Source: Octopus sinensis (lineage: Eukaryota). From it: a stretch of DNA of 64,000 nt. Positions within the stretch are counted from its first letter, which is position 1, and each line of letters opens with the position of its first letter. The translations under genes were made by a program, and so were the position numbers. The DNA is taken from the NCBI RefSeq assembly GCF_006345805.1, contig NC_043003.1:96596001-96660000 (forward strand), given 5' to 3'. Positions 1 to 13,690 of this stretch are shown in pieces. The notes beneath the pieces were generated by a model. That model did not search any database. It was not told the DNA's origin and saw only the letters and a program-made list of their open reading frames with translations.

Positions 1-1087
1 TCAGCATTTGTACCAAATAGTATTCCAGTTATATTGCTAAAAATCGTGCAAAAACCACCTCATGAAATCATTAAAGGTACTATTTCAAAACTCGCCAAAT
101 ACTGCCATATTCCCGAGACTATTGAAAGAAGCTACAATAAAACCTATATAGGTACAAAGGTGTTAGCAATGCTGAAGCTAAAAATTACAGACCTGTTTCC
201 CTCACGTCTTACACGTCTAAAATTATCAAATGTCTTGTCCGAAGACAAAAAGTAATAACGTACCTGGAGGAAAACAACTTAGATGACACTCGGTATAGGT
301 TTCGGACTGAACGAAGTTGCCTGTCACAATTCTTACAGCATCATAACACTACCTCTAATAGTCTCTTAAGGGGAAAGATCATTGACTGTTAAAACCTTGA
401 TATTGTTAATGCGTTTGGCAAGACTGATCATTGAATCATCTGTCATAATTTAAGAAATCTTGGTATCACAGGAAATGTCGGAGAATGGTTCTTTAATTCC
501 CTAAACAGTAGGAGTCAACCAATTACTGCAAATGGATTTCTCTCTAAGTTACCTGTAATACGTCGTATACATCAGGGAATGAATTACACAAGAATATCGA
601 TGGCTAGGAGCTAAATCAGAAAAAATACGAAAATTAGTACATCAAAATTTCAGCTTCTTCATTACAAACGAATTCACCCAAATCACAATATTTGACACAA
701 GGTAACATAATGATTCAGAGCAGTAATGACATACAGGACTTAGGTGTAATCATATCAAATGATGCATTTTCCATCAGCCATATTATCAAACTAACCTTTA
801 AATGCAGCAAACTCATAGGCTGCATCCTACGAACATTCATAACAAGGGAACCGGTAGTTAGATTTATTTTAAGGGAAAACCCTGGTTCTGAGCAGTTTAT
901 ATTACTGCTTACAATTTTAATCTTCTAACTCATCCGGTCTCATAGAAGAAATTGAAGGGTTACAAGGAATGTTCACTGGTAAAACACCTTCAGTTAAAAG
1001 TTTTATTTACCGAGAATGTCTGAAAGCGCTGAGTCTCTTGACACCCAAGAGAAATATATACTATCGCATTCATATGGAAAATTGTTG

Positions 1088-1365
1088 GGGGACATATGGC
1101 ATAGTGGTTAAGAGCGCGGGCTACTAACCCCAAGATTCCAAGTTCGATTCCAAGCAGTGACCTGAACACTAACAACAACAACAACAACAATAACATCGAA
1201 AATACATTAGGAATGAGAACACAGGTTCGAAATTTATCCAAGACACCTGAAGAAGGCTGGAGGGTATATCAGCCGAAACGTTGTGTTAACAACAAACAAG
1301 ATGAGGACAAATATCCATCGAATGTAAATAATGTATATAATTCCTCATCTCTAAAATATAGAAAT
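1088..1365 (+). mobile_element. tRNA-derived SINE with (AAC)n linker and HHR-bearing tail
   Basis: A box TGGCATAGTGG (1097), B box GTTCGATTCC (1142), (AAC)n, then HHR-like motif at 1242-1287. Confidence 0.8.
1242..1287 (+). ncRNA. Minimal type I hammerhead-like motif
   Basis: GACAC/GTGTT stem I, CTGAAGA core, extra A, GGCTGG/TCAGCC stem II, GAAA, ACGT palindromic stem III, GTT triplet. Confidence 0.6.
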
Positions 1366-1629
1366 ATGGAAGGACATGTTCCAAACTTCGGCACTGGAGA
1401 GAGTTTTATTGCACGAAGATTTATATACTCCACTGAAACATTAAAAATACCCTCCCAAAACTCATTAGATTAACTCTTAACGAACCATTCAAGGATGATG
1501 CATTCAGAGGAGAACAGCTGCTAGAAAACTCAATCATAGACCACCTTCCAGTCAAGAAGCAACAGCAAGACCTAATTGAAAATACATTAAGGCGGTGCTC
1601 TAGATTGGCTGCAGTAATATCATTACTTC

Positions 1630-2680
1630 CTAAAAAATTTGTAGGGAACTTACTCGAAAGTTTCGAGGATTTTATAAGTTCCAGAAAAATTTGTCGGAAA
1701 CTTCATGGAAAGTTCCGAGGGTTTCACGGAAATTCCGGGAATTTCCCAACTTCCGGGAAAACTGGTATGAAACTTCCTGGAAAGTCCCGAGGATTTCATG
1801 GAAAGCTCCGGGGATTCGCCAACTTTCTGGAAAACTGGTCGGAAACTTACTGGAAAGTACCGATGATTTCAAGGAAAGCTCCGGGGTTTCCCAACTTCAT
1901 GGGAAATTGGTAGGAAAGTTCCGGGGATCCCCCAACTTCGGGGGAAATTGATCGGAAACTTCCTGGAAAGGTCCAAGGATTTCCCAACTTCCTGCAAAGT
2001 TCCGAGGATTTCATGGAAAGTTACGGGGATTCTCTAACTTCCGGAAAAACGGATAGGAAACTTCCCGGAAATTTCCGAGGAACCTCCAACTTCCTGGAAA
2101 ATTGTTCGGAAACTTTTCTGGAAATTTTCGAGGATTCATGGGAAGTTCCAGGGATTCCCCAACTTCCGGGGAAAGTGGTTGGAAAGTTCCGAGGATTTCA
2201 TGGAAAATCCGGGAATTTACCAACTTCCGGGAAATTTGGTCGGAAACTTCCTGGAAATTTTCCGCGATTTCATGGAAAGTTCTGGGGAACCCCTAACTCA
2301 CTGGAAAATTGGTCAGAAACTTCCTGGGAAGTTCCGCGGAAATCATGAAAAGTCCCGTGGATTTCCCAACTCCCTGAAAACTGGTCGGAAAGTTCCGAGG
2401 ATTTTATGGAAAAATCCTGGAAAATTGGTCGGAAACTTTACTGGGAAGTTCCGAGGATTCTCCAACTTCCTGGAGAACTGGTCGGAAATAGAAAGTTCCG
2501 AGGATTTCATGGAAAGTTCCGGGGATACCCCAAACTTCTTGGAAAATGGGTCGGAAACTTCCTGGAAAGTTCCTAGGATTTCGTTGAAAGTTCCGGGGAT
2601 TTCTCAACTTCTTGGAAAGTTCCGGACATTTCCTGATTTCCAGGAAAATTGGTCGGAATCTTCCTGGAAAGTTTCGAGAT
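1630..2680. repeat. Complex GC-richer minisatellite built of GGAAA(G/C)TTCC decamers
   Basis: Repeating ggaaaattggtcggaaacttcctggaaagttccgaggatttcatggaaagttccggggattccccaacttcc-like units of about 60-70 bp. Confidence 0.9.
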
Positions 2681-3094
2681 TTCTGATCTGGCAGTGTTTC
2701 TACAGCTGGATGCCCTTAACGCCAACCACTCTGAGAGTGCAGTGGGTGCTGATTTTACGTGCCGCCGGCACAGGGGCCAATTTCCTGCCTAGTACTCATT
2801 TCAGATCCCCAGTTGATCTTTTCACTTTTCATTCTTTTCTTTCCTTCTAACTTCCTTCTCTCTATCCTTCTCCTGAGCCTTCTCATTGTACCTTTGGAAC
2901 ACAAGCACCATTATTTTCTTCTTTTTTGTTAGTTTTTGTCATGTAGTGTCCCACACTTTGAAATATTTGCAATTTGTATTTTACTGCTTATTTTAGCTCT
3001 GCTTGATACATTTCCAAAATTAAACATTTTAATATGCAAAATATACTTCACATATACTATGCATTAATGCAAAAATATTGTGTGTATTGGCTAT

Positions 3095-3558
3095 CTTCAA
3101 AATGATCACACCATGAATGGAAAATTTCAATACCAACTTCCTAACGCAGTTATGAAAGGCTATCAAGACCAAACACCCAGAAAAACTGATGAATGGGGTC
3201 TTGTTTCATTAGGAAAATGATTCAGCACACAAGTCCTTGGTTTCAATGGCTGCTGTGTGTGACTGGCTTTGAACTGGTTGATCATCCTCCCTATGTTAGT
3301 GATTTGGTTCCTTCTGGTTATCATCTGTTTCTCAACATAGAAAAACACTCAGCTGAGCACCAGTATCACTATGATGAGAACATCTTATCTGTTGTTGATC
3401 AACAGAAAAGCTTCTTCACCAGTGCGACCCAAACACTGCAACTACTAATGGAAGTATGTGGACAATAAGAGGAACTATGTTAGAAAATGAACTTCATTTG
3501 GTCACATTCCATTGAGAGTGTCTTGCTCAGATTATGAACATATCAGCCGACCCTCATA
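3095..3558 (+). mobile_element. Mariner transposase 3' remnant with right TIR
   Basis: GFELVDHPPYVSDLVPSGYHLF (degenerate HPPYSPDLAPSDYHLF); ends cagccgaccctca-TA. Confidence 0.8.
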
Positions 3559-3657
3559 ATAATAGAAATTATTATTATACCAGCATTTGTTTTAATGTTA
3601 ACATTGGAAAAATCCACATTTTACATTAAAAAATTAGGACCTGGGTTTGCACCCCCT

Positions 3658-3750
<93 letters not shown>

Positions 3751-3751
3751 T

Positions 3752-3947
3752 GTGTATGTATGTGTATACACGCGCGCGGGCGACAGGCTTCTTTCAGTTT
3801 TCGTTCACCAAATCCATTTATAAGGTTTTGGTCGGCCCGGTACAGCAGTAGAAGATACTCAACCAACATGTCACGCAGGAGGACTGAACATGGAACCATG
3901 CGGTTGGGAAGCAAATGTCTTACCACACAGCCCCACCCCTGTACCTA
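3752..3947 (-). mobile_element. tRNA/CORE-type SINE (family B), 5' part
   Basis: Reverse complement matches gctgtgtggtaag...ccacatggttcc...ggccgaccaaa...ggaaactgaaagaagcc, shared with 29963 and 8684. Confidence 0.8.
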
Positions 3948-5006
3948 TAGATATGTAGTGAATCTTGCAAGCATGAAGTGGATTCGATCCACCATAGCCA
4001 AATTTAAATTAACAGTTCAACAGAACTTTTCCCACGGTAAAACAATAGTTTTCAGTGACAGCAGTTTTACATTTTCCAGATGCCTTTAGCTAGGCCGAAA
4101 TAATGTTTTCACCACTTGATCTTTTCTAACCTCTTCTACTTCACCAAAAGCTATAACAGTGGAATCACAGTACCGCCAACGAAGCCCATTGTTCTCAATG
4201 ATATGTCTATCCTTCTGGATAGTTATAAAAGTAAGAACCCCAACCAAAAAGACAAAAAAAAAAAAGAATAAAACACCTGCAGGTCGAACACGAACCCGAA
4301 AATATAATCACAGAAATGTTTATACGATTCTCAATTTCAGTATACCATTCGATTTCATTTTTCCGATTTCATATTGCGATTTCTATTAAGTCGTAACTCC
4401 CAAACCTAAATGTTTTGTATTATCTTGTATTGTTCCCTCTCTGTATGTCATTCATTGACAAATAAAGAAATAAGTTAGTCGGCTAGTGACAACTCAATAA
4501 GTTAGTTAGCAAATGACAACCAAGTAAGACACAGCTATCATCAGTTAGGGAGCAGAAGACTAGAATCATGATTACAATCACGGAAGCTACTAAAGACAAT
4601 GGTCAGCGAGAGAAATGATATTTACTGCCAGCAACTGTGAGACAACGCCCCACAACCTTACAGCTTTCACTAGCTCTTTGTCTGTTCTCTTACAACGTCA
4701 CTCTATCGCTATCGGTGACTTACTGCTAAGAGAACGTGTACACAAAACTATATAAAGTAAAATTCTACTACATCTAACTTTCTTTCGTATGCTCTCGGAT
4801 TTTATAACCTGCCCGACGCGGTTATAAAACGTAACGGTAAATAAATAATTTCTTAAAATTTCATGCAATGTTCATCTTTCACATCCTACAACATGCCGTT
4901 ACAACAAATTTTTATCGTTACAATTGCTGATTCCGACATTTCATATTATTTTGTACCTAATCAATCTTAACCATTACATATATATGTATATATTAATCCT
5001 AACCGT

Positions 5007-5397
<391 letters not shown>

Positions 5398-6025
5398 CTT
5401 CAGATGGAATTCCTGTGGAACTGTTAAAGGTTGATAATAAGAACATAACACAAACAATACTTCATCTCATCGCAGACTGCTGGGATGGAGCTCCTATACC
5501 ACAACTTAGTGCTGAATTTTTGAAATCAGCTACGAAGCAACCACTTCTGACATTTTGGAGTCTGTGGCTAGTGATACCCGATAGTACACTTTTGATATTT
5601 CATAGACCGGATGCCATACGATGAGTAGACCTTTTCGTCAAAAGTGAATGTGAATGTGCATGATATAGAAATTCTTGTCTTGCTGACAGTTACTACATAT
5701 ATGTCTATGATCTGAGGTTGTTGAGCAAGTGAACTTGTCTGTAAGGCGATCCAGGTACATGTACATTTATGTTTTCCACTCTATGTTGGTCTAAGAAATG
5801 AAAAGGGAAGTCATTCAGTTTAGTACTGGTTGCATTAGTTTGTATTTGCCAAACTTGGGTAGTTTTGGATAGAAGTTTATCAAAACCTTCGCCTTTCGTA
5901 AAAATGTTTTTGTTGTTGATAACCCTCTTCATCAAAACACCGTTTTTTAAAAAAACAATATTGAAATTGATGATAGAAAGGAGGGCTTGTGCATTTGGTT
6001 CTGTATACATATTTTAGAACTTTCA

Positions 6026-6322
6026 GAATAAAAATTCATTTCTGTATCTCTCAATACATCTCAACATTTCTAAAAAAAAAAAAAACTTTGTTTACTTTCA
6101 TCGTAAGTTGAATTTAACGTTAGCGTCTAATGATGCTAAGTTTATAAGTTCTAAAATTGCAGAAGAATTCGTTACTGGGCTTAATGGTAAAGCACTTGAC
6201 GCGTAATCACAGGGATGTGAGTTCGAGTCTCATGGCTGGTCGGTAACATATTTTTCTGCAATGTATGGATAATTTATCCTGATCACACTATTTTATTAGC
6301 ATTATCAAGCGTTTGAGAATAA
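6026..6322 (+). mobile_element. tRNA-containing ~300-bp element, copy 2 (inverted, permuted)
   Basis: gcttaatggtaaagcacttgacgcgtaatcacagggatgtgagttcgagtctc (tRNA-like); block order differs from copy 1. Confidence 0.7.
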
Positions 6323-6379
6323 TGAATTTATATATATATAGATAGATATATGTATATATGTATGTAAAAATACATATAA

Positions 6380-7545
6380 GGAATATAAAGCCACCTTACA
6401 ATGTGAGCTGAGAAGGCTTAAAAATAAGTGGTGGTTGAAGATATTCAAAATGCTTGTAACGCAAAGGATTTAAAACTGTCTTTTGCGTGTAGTCTATTGT
6501 TCCCATTAGGTCCAAAGACAATACTGCCGTCATCAAGGAGTCTGAGAAAATCCTTAAACGTTGGCAAGAACATTTCACCTATTTATTTGATAATCCATCA
6601 TCAGTTGATCCTGATGTTAGATGGCATCACCCAGTGTGTTGTAAATTTCAAAATGGATCGATTACCAAATTATGAGGTTAAAATATCCATCAACCAGTTA
6701 AACATATGTAAGGCACCTGGTTCAGATGGAATTCCTGTGGAACTGTTAAAGGTTGATATTAAGAACATAGCACAAACAATACTTCATCTCATCACAGAGT
6801 GCTGGGATGGAGCTCCTATACCACAAGATTGGATAGATAATATCTTGGTGACCTTGTTTAAAGGCAAGACTGATAAAGGAACCTGCGATCACTACCGCGG
6901 CATCACTTTGTTCGAATGTGTGGACAAAGTACTTGTTAGATTATTGTTGAACAGGTTGATGGGGGACATTTATCCTACAGTAATCCCTGAATCGCAAAAG
7001 ATCTGTCAGAGGGACGATGGATATGATTTCTGCAAGGCAGATTGAAAGAAATGCACTGAGCAGCGAGTTCCTCCGTATCAGGTTTTTGTTGATCTGACAA
7101 AGGCCTTTGATACGATGAACTGAAATGCACTGTGGAAAATATTAGGGAAAATAGGGTGCCCACCAAAGTTTATTGATATGTTCGTTCGACTGCACAGAAA
7201 TATGAAGGCTCGGGAAAATTGTCCAATGAAATCCCAGTTGATATGTACTGTTCTCAATATTTTTTACTGTGATACTGACTCATGCATTCCAGGACTGTGC
7301 AAAGGGTATTCTATTGCAAATTAGAACTACATGAAGGACCTCTGACCTAAGAAGATTCAATTTCAAATCCAAGGTGTTCCAAATATAAATGAGAGAACTC
7401 TTGTATGCAGACGATGTTGACTTTTTTTACTCACTCTCAGGATGACATGCACCACATCATGAATTGTTATGCAGTATCTTGTAATACCTTCGATATGGGA
7501 ATTAATTTAAAAAGACCAAGGTAATGTTCACCCCGTCACCAGGGG
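6380..7545 (+). mobile_element. RTE-clade LINE RT fragment
   Basis: KAPGSDGIPVELLK, IPQDW...LFKGK.DK..CDHYRGITL, FVDLTKAFD, KILGKIGCPPKFI, YADD; frameshifted. Confidence 0.9.
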
Positions 7546-8271
7546 AAGCGGCCCGGATAGTTATTATTGTCAGGCTTATAGCGTTCCAAGCAGCCATAAC
7601 AATAAAATCACTTTAAATTTTTTTTTACAAAAATCATACAGGTATTTAAAAAGATTTCCATTCAATCAATAATATTTTTACATTACGTATACATTAATAG
7701 AATAAACTGTTGGTTTTCCAAATAACGAATTAAAACTTGAAATGAAAACGTTAAAAGAGAAAGTAAGAGACTTTGTAAATGGAAATGGAATACCTCGCAG
7801 GAAATGCAACAAATAGTTAAATTTATGAAGAATTGGACGCAGTGAATACAATGAATATTTAAATTTGCGAAAAATTGGAATTAAAAATTTCAATAAACTT
7901 CAGAAATCGAAATTATAAGAAAATTTCTTCGAACATTCGTTGTTGGTCGTCGATAATGTGAGTTACAATTGTGTTATTTTGCTGCTGTTATATTACCGTT
8001 ACTTTACTGTTGTCATTTTGTGTTAGTGTTCCTTGAACATTTTGTGAATTGTTTGTACTGCCTTGCGGCAGGTGCTTTCCCTCCTCATAGAGGAGGGTAG
8101 GCCTAGAATACACGATGTCGGACGAAGACATTAGCTACTCGGAGCTGTCGTCGTCGGAGCAGTCGGAGCAGTCGACGTCAGATGGGCAGTTGTGGCGCAG
8201 GATCGACTTACCTCTTTCCAGAAATTGCTGGCTTTGTGTCAAAATGTGAAATCAATATTATATTTTTCTAA

Positions 8272-9290
8272 GGCGGCGAGCTGGCAGAAACGTTAGCACG
8301 CTGGGGGAAATGCTTCGCGGTATTTCGTCTGCCGCTACGTTCTGAGTTCAAATTCCATCGAGGTCGACTTTGCCTTTCATCCTTTCGGGGTCGATAAATT
8401 AAGTACCAGTTACATACGGAGGTCGATCTAATCGACTGGCCTCCTACCCAAACATTTCGGGCCTTGCATCAAAATCTGAAATCACTATTATATTTTTCTT
8501 TGAAACGACAAGCTCGCAGAATCGTTAGCATGCCGGGCAAAATGTTTAACGGCATTTCGTCTGTCTTTACGTTCTGAGTTCGAATTTCCGCCGCGGTCGA
8601 CTTTGCATTTCGTCCTTTCGAGGTTGATAAATTAAGTATCATTTGAGAACTGGGGTGGATGTAATCGACAAAATTTCTGGCCCAACCACATGGTTCCGGG
8701 TTCAGTCCCACTGCGTGGCATCTAGGGCAAGTGTCTTCTACTATAGCCTCAGGCCGACCAAAGCCTTGTGAGTGGATTTGGTAGACGGAAACTGAAAGAA
8801 GCCCGTCGCAAATATGTATATATATATGTGTGTGTGTGTGTTAGTGTGTCTGCGTTTGTCACCCTAGCATTGCTTGACAACCGATGCTGGTGTGTTTATG
8901 TCCCCGTCACTTAGCGGTTCGGCAAAAGAGACCGATAGAATAAGTACTGGGCTTACAAAGAATAAGTCCCGGGGTCGATTTGCTCGACTAAAGGTGGTGC
9001 TCCAGCATGGCCGCAGTCAACTGACTGAAACAAGTAAAAGAGTAAAAGAGAGAGTAATGACAAAATTTGAAACCAAAATTATGTCTTTAAGGCGGCAATC
9101 TGGCAAAATCTTTAGCATGCCGAACGAAATGCTTAATTGCATTTCTACTAGCTTCACGTGCTGAGTTCAAATTCTGCCACTATGCCTTTCATTTTCCCAA
9201 TAAATTTAATACTGGGTCCGAGTACTGGGTCCGAGTAATCGACTTACTCGCTCCCTCGAAATTGCTGGCCTTGTTCTGAAACTTAAAACC
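8272..9290 (+). mobile_element. Nested SINE cluster (family A x3, family B x1)
   Basis: ggcggcgagctggcagaaacgttagc...gaggtcgactttgcctttcatcc at ~8272, ~8505 and ~9090; family B at 8684-9050. Confidence 0.85.
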
Positions 9291-9651
9291 AATATTATAT
9301 ATATTTTTCTTCTTTGTTAGGCAGAGAGTTGTAGAACCAGTTACAAACAGAAGTAGCTGAAATTTAACAAAATACTGTTCTGTCAAGCCATGCTCGGCGT
9401 ATTAAATACATCAAAGGTCAAATCGATAAAATATATACCAAGCTTGTATAAGGGAAAAGGTGGTGATGGTGGTAGTGATGGTCGGTGTCAAGTTACTAAC
9501 TGTCAGGCTGTGTCAGGGTGAGAAATCATTATCTCTTTTTACAATCTTTTACGTTCTAGACTCAAATATCATTGGACTCAACTTTGCCTTCTGTAGTTAA
9601 TATAATTACTATTCGATTATAACCTGAAAATATACTTTGTATTTGCTTTAC

Positions 9652-10347
9652 ATATGCGCAGCTATGGCTATGTTGTCCAAATACTCGCTTTGCAACTATG
9701 AGGTTTTGCGTAGCCCTAAACAGAACAGTGTCCTGTCAACTCAGCAGTTCGGCTAAGGGATTCGACCGAATAAGCACCTGACTTAAAAATAAGTACCAGG
9801 GTCGATTTGTTTGACTAAAACCTTCTTGCATAACATATGTGCAGCCATGGCTGTGTTGTTCAGATGCTCGCTTTGCAGCTATGTGGTTTTGCGTAACCCC
9901 GGGAAGACCGGTGCCTTGTGAACTTAGCGGTTCGGCCAAAAGTTTCGATAAAATAAGTACCTGACTTAAAAATATGTACTAATATCAATTTGTTCGACTA
10001 AACCTTTCAAGGCAGTACCCCAGTATGGCAACAGTCCATGCCGGGGGTACTACCATGAAGATAACGATTAAAGATAACGATAAGTCAATAAAATCGCTTA
10101 AAGATTCTTAAAATATTTTCATAATATGTTCAGGAATTTTCTTTTACTTCTCTCAGTCATTAGACTGCGGCCATGCTGGGGCACTGCCTTGAAGAATTTG
10201 CAGCCAAATATACCGACCCCAGTACTTATTTTTTTAAAGCCTGGTACTTATTCTATCGATCACTTTTGCCGAACCAAGCTTAAAGTTACGGGGACGTAAA
10301 CACACCAGCTCCGTTTGTCAAGCGGTAGGTGGAGGACACACACACAC

Positions 10348-10413
<66 letters not shown>

Positions 10414-10548
10414 CGACTGGCTTCTTTCAGTTTCTATCTACCAAATCCACTCACAAGACTTTGGTCAGCCTGGGGCTATAGTAGAAGACATTTGCCCAAT
10501 GTGTCACGCAAAGGGACTGAACCCTGAATCATGTGGTTGGGAAACAAA
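9652..10548. mobile_element. Two tandem diverged SINE variants (+) and one family B SINE (-, 10145-10548)
   Basis: Repeated ggctgtgttg...cttagcggttcggc...taagtacc...tcgact modules. Confidence 0.7.
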
Positions 10549-10834
10549 AACGAAAAATAAGTTTTCATTTACAATAATGAAATAAAATGTGAATAATATT
10601 CACACACGATTCCGTAATTCTCCACACGTGAGCAATAATAGAATACAGCACTAGTTCTTAGTAAGCTGACAAACAAAAGGATAGCTATTGCGAGGCTGAC
10701 TACTGACAACTGGGATGTCTGGCTGACTGTTAAGCTTAAAGATTACCTACACTCATAATTGTTACATTAATTGTGTCATTTATCTGAAAGTGTAATTACA
10801 ACCTTAAGCATAAAACTAGTTAAGAACAAATAGG

Positions 10835-11410
<576 letters not shown>

Positions 11411-12002
11411 TCATGCGCCTTTATCACACACACACACACACACATACGCACACACACACATACAAACGTGTATGTGTATGTATGTGTGTATGTGTATGTA
11501 TGTGTGTGTGCGTGTGTGTGTTCGCACATGCTCTTAACTATGCACAAAATTTCTCGATCTCTGTAAGCCCTTAATCCACCAAATATGGATCGATTAATTT
11601 GCATGGTTAATAAATCGCAGAATTACACCAATGAATCGGTCTCGGGTTGGTGAGATTTTTTATCTTCTACCATAAAAGGAAGGTGAGGCTGGAGAGAAGA
11701 TGCCTGTCAAAGAAATTGTTCAAAGGAAGATGGTTGCATGTTGCGAGGGTGCTGGGAATGAAAGATTCCTCGTGAACATGTCATAAGTCTGCATACAAAA
11801 GTTTCAGTAGGAGAATGGGGCTTGTGGGGTCGGAGCGTAAGCCATCTCTCTGCTTCATCTCATGTTTCTATTACGTCCTTGTTGTATCTCATTCGATTTC
11901 ATTATATTTTGTAAAGTTTTAAAAGTCATATAATCATTGTGTGTCTGATCCCAATCAGGCTGTATTGTTCCCCTCTATGTTTGGGCCCTTGTGGCTAATA
12001 AA

Positions 12003-12400
12003 GAAATTGGATGTAGAGGGTTCGTTGGAAACAGTGTGAGACGACTGTTGTTATCGCTAGGCCTAACTCATTGTAAAGCCAATACCACGATGACCGATAT
12101 CAAATCTACAGTGGAGAAGGCTAGCCATTGGATTCGGTTAAAAAGAGACGATGAGCGATGGCTAGAAGGATATTGAGCTTTATTTGATAACCAGCTGATC
12201 TAGCAAGCGGAGCCTCATATCAGTGAGGTGGGTGCGCATTGATGCCGTCGAGAGGTAGGCTCCGAAACGGCGCGCATTCTCTCCTGATGACCCCATACAC
12301 TTGCTGGCTTCCGGTATGCGGAGTTTTTGACTGGTAGCACTTGCATGTGCAAGTTGTTTGCAAGACATCTAATTTTAAACAAGGTGTGCTAATACAATTT
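12003..12400 (+). mobile_element. 5'-truncated HERO-like REL LINE 3' end
   Basis: IGCRGFVGNSVRRLLLSLG...VEKASHWIRLKRDDERW resembles the REL C-terminus (EVGCRGF...W.W.KR); structured 3' UTR follows. Confidence 0.7.
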
Positions 12401-12444
12401 GAGCTTGAAGTTAGTTGTGCAAGCACCTACATAAAAATTAGTTA

Positions 12445-12830
12445 ATTTCCCTGTTGTGGTAAGTAACTTGCTTATTAACCACATGGTTCCGGGTTCAGTC
12501 CCACTGCGTGGTACCTTGGGCAAGTGTCTTCTACTATAGCCTGGGCTGACCAAAGCTTTTTGAGTGGATTTGGTAGACGGAAACTGAAAAAAGCCTGTCG
12601 TATATATATATGTATATATGTGTGTGTATGTTTGTGTGTCTGTGTTTGTCCCCCACCATCGCATGACAACCGATGCTAGTGTGTTTACGTCCTCGTAAAC
12701 TAGCGGTTCAGCAAAAGAGACAGATAGAATAAGTATTAGGCTTACAAAAATAAGACCCAGGGTCGATTTTTTCGACTCAAGGCGGTGCTCCAGCATGGCC
12801 GCAGTCAAATGACTGAAACAAATAAAAGAA
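12445..12830 (+). mobile_element. SINE family B with internal (TA/TG)n
   Basis: tgtggtaagtaacttgctt...ggttccgggttcagtcccactgcg...ggcggtgctccagcatggccgcagtcaaatgactgaaac. Confidence 0.9.
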
Positions 12831-13504
12831 TAAAAAATAATAAAATCTGTATACTAAGTTCTTTCTTAAGCATGGTTATCCAATGGACATTCCATGTGAT
12901 TTTTAAAGTTACATAAATAGTTTAGCCTGTTATTGAGTGATTATTCGTTGGAAAAATTCACTTCCATCTGTTGTCGATGGTAGGTGCTGAATTAGGAATT
13001 TCGTTTATATCAACAGACGATACGTCTGATATACACGATTTCTCTATTCGAGTTGTTTGTTTCAGGATTATTATGCTTATCACTAGGTAGTTTGCTATCA
13101 CTATTCTCCTTAACATTGTTATTATTAGCATTATGATCAGTACTATCTCTATGATTACCATCAATATTATTGTTATCTTCATTACCATTTCCACTGTTAT
13201 TAACATTATTACAAACAATATCATTAATACTGCTACAACTGTTAATATTATTATTATTAAGGGTGTTGGCTAAATTCATTTCAACAAGCATACTTAACTA
13301 CCTTGTATCTTATGCAGGTATAATTTCAGTCAAGTTTCTCTTAGTTGAATAAGACAATTTAATCGTATATCTATTAAATAACTTACCATATTTACTTGAT
13401 GATGAGAAGTGTTTATCCAGAACTGTAAAAAGTTTTCCCGGTATACTAGTGGCTATTTGTGCTTATTACTATAGTTTCTATTTCCTAATATATATCCCTA
13501 TGTA

Positions 13505-13690
13505 AGGCTGCGAGCTAGTAGAATCATAAGCCTGCTGGGCAAAATGCTCAGCGGCATTTCGTCTGTCAAATTCAGCCAAGGTCAGCTTTACCTTTTATCG
13601 TTTCGGGGTCGATGAAAGAAGTACTAGTTGAATACTTACCAGTTGAATACTTACCTTCTCCCAAAACTGTTGGTCTTGTGCAAAAATATG
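13505..13690 (+). mobile_element. SINE family A, degenerate
   Basis: ggctgcgagctagtagaatc...gcggcatttcgtc...ttcggggtcgat. Confidence 0.7.

Larger units (their letters stand above)
1..1600 (+). mobile_element. Degenerate CR1/L2-type LINE RT 3' remnant, interrupted by a SINE
   Basis: DLGVIISND...HI..LTFKCSKLIGCILRTFITREP and a WKI..GHVPN motif split across the SINE insertion; many stops and frameshifts. Confidence 0.7.

Noticed and set aside
1605-2850. Overlapping ORFs up to 223 aa
   Set aside because: They arise from the minisatellite, are open in several frames and on both strands, and show no domain signal.
12265-12300. GAAAC...CTGATGA as a type II hammerhead
   Set aside because: The bases flanking the core (C before GAAA, C after CTGATGA) cannot form stem II, and there is no valid stem I.
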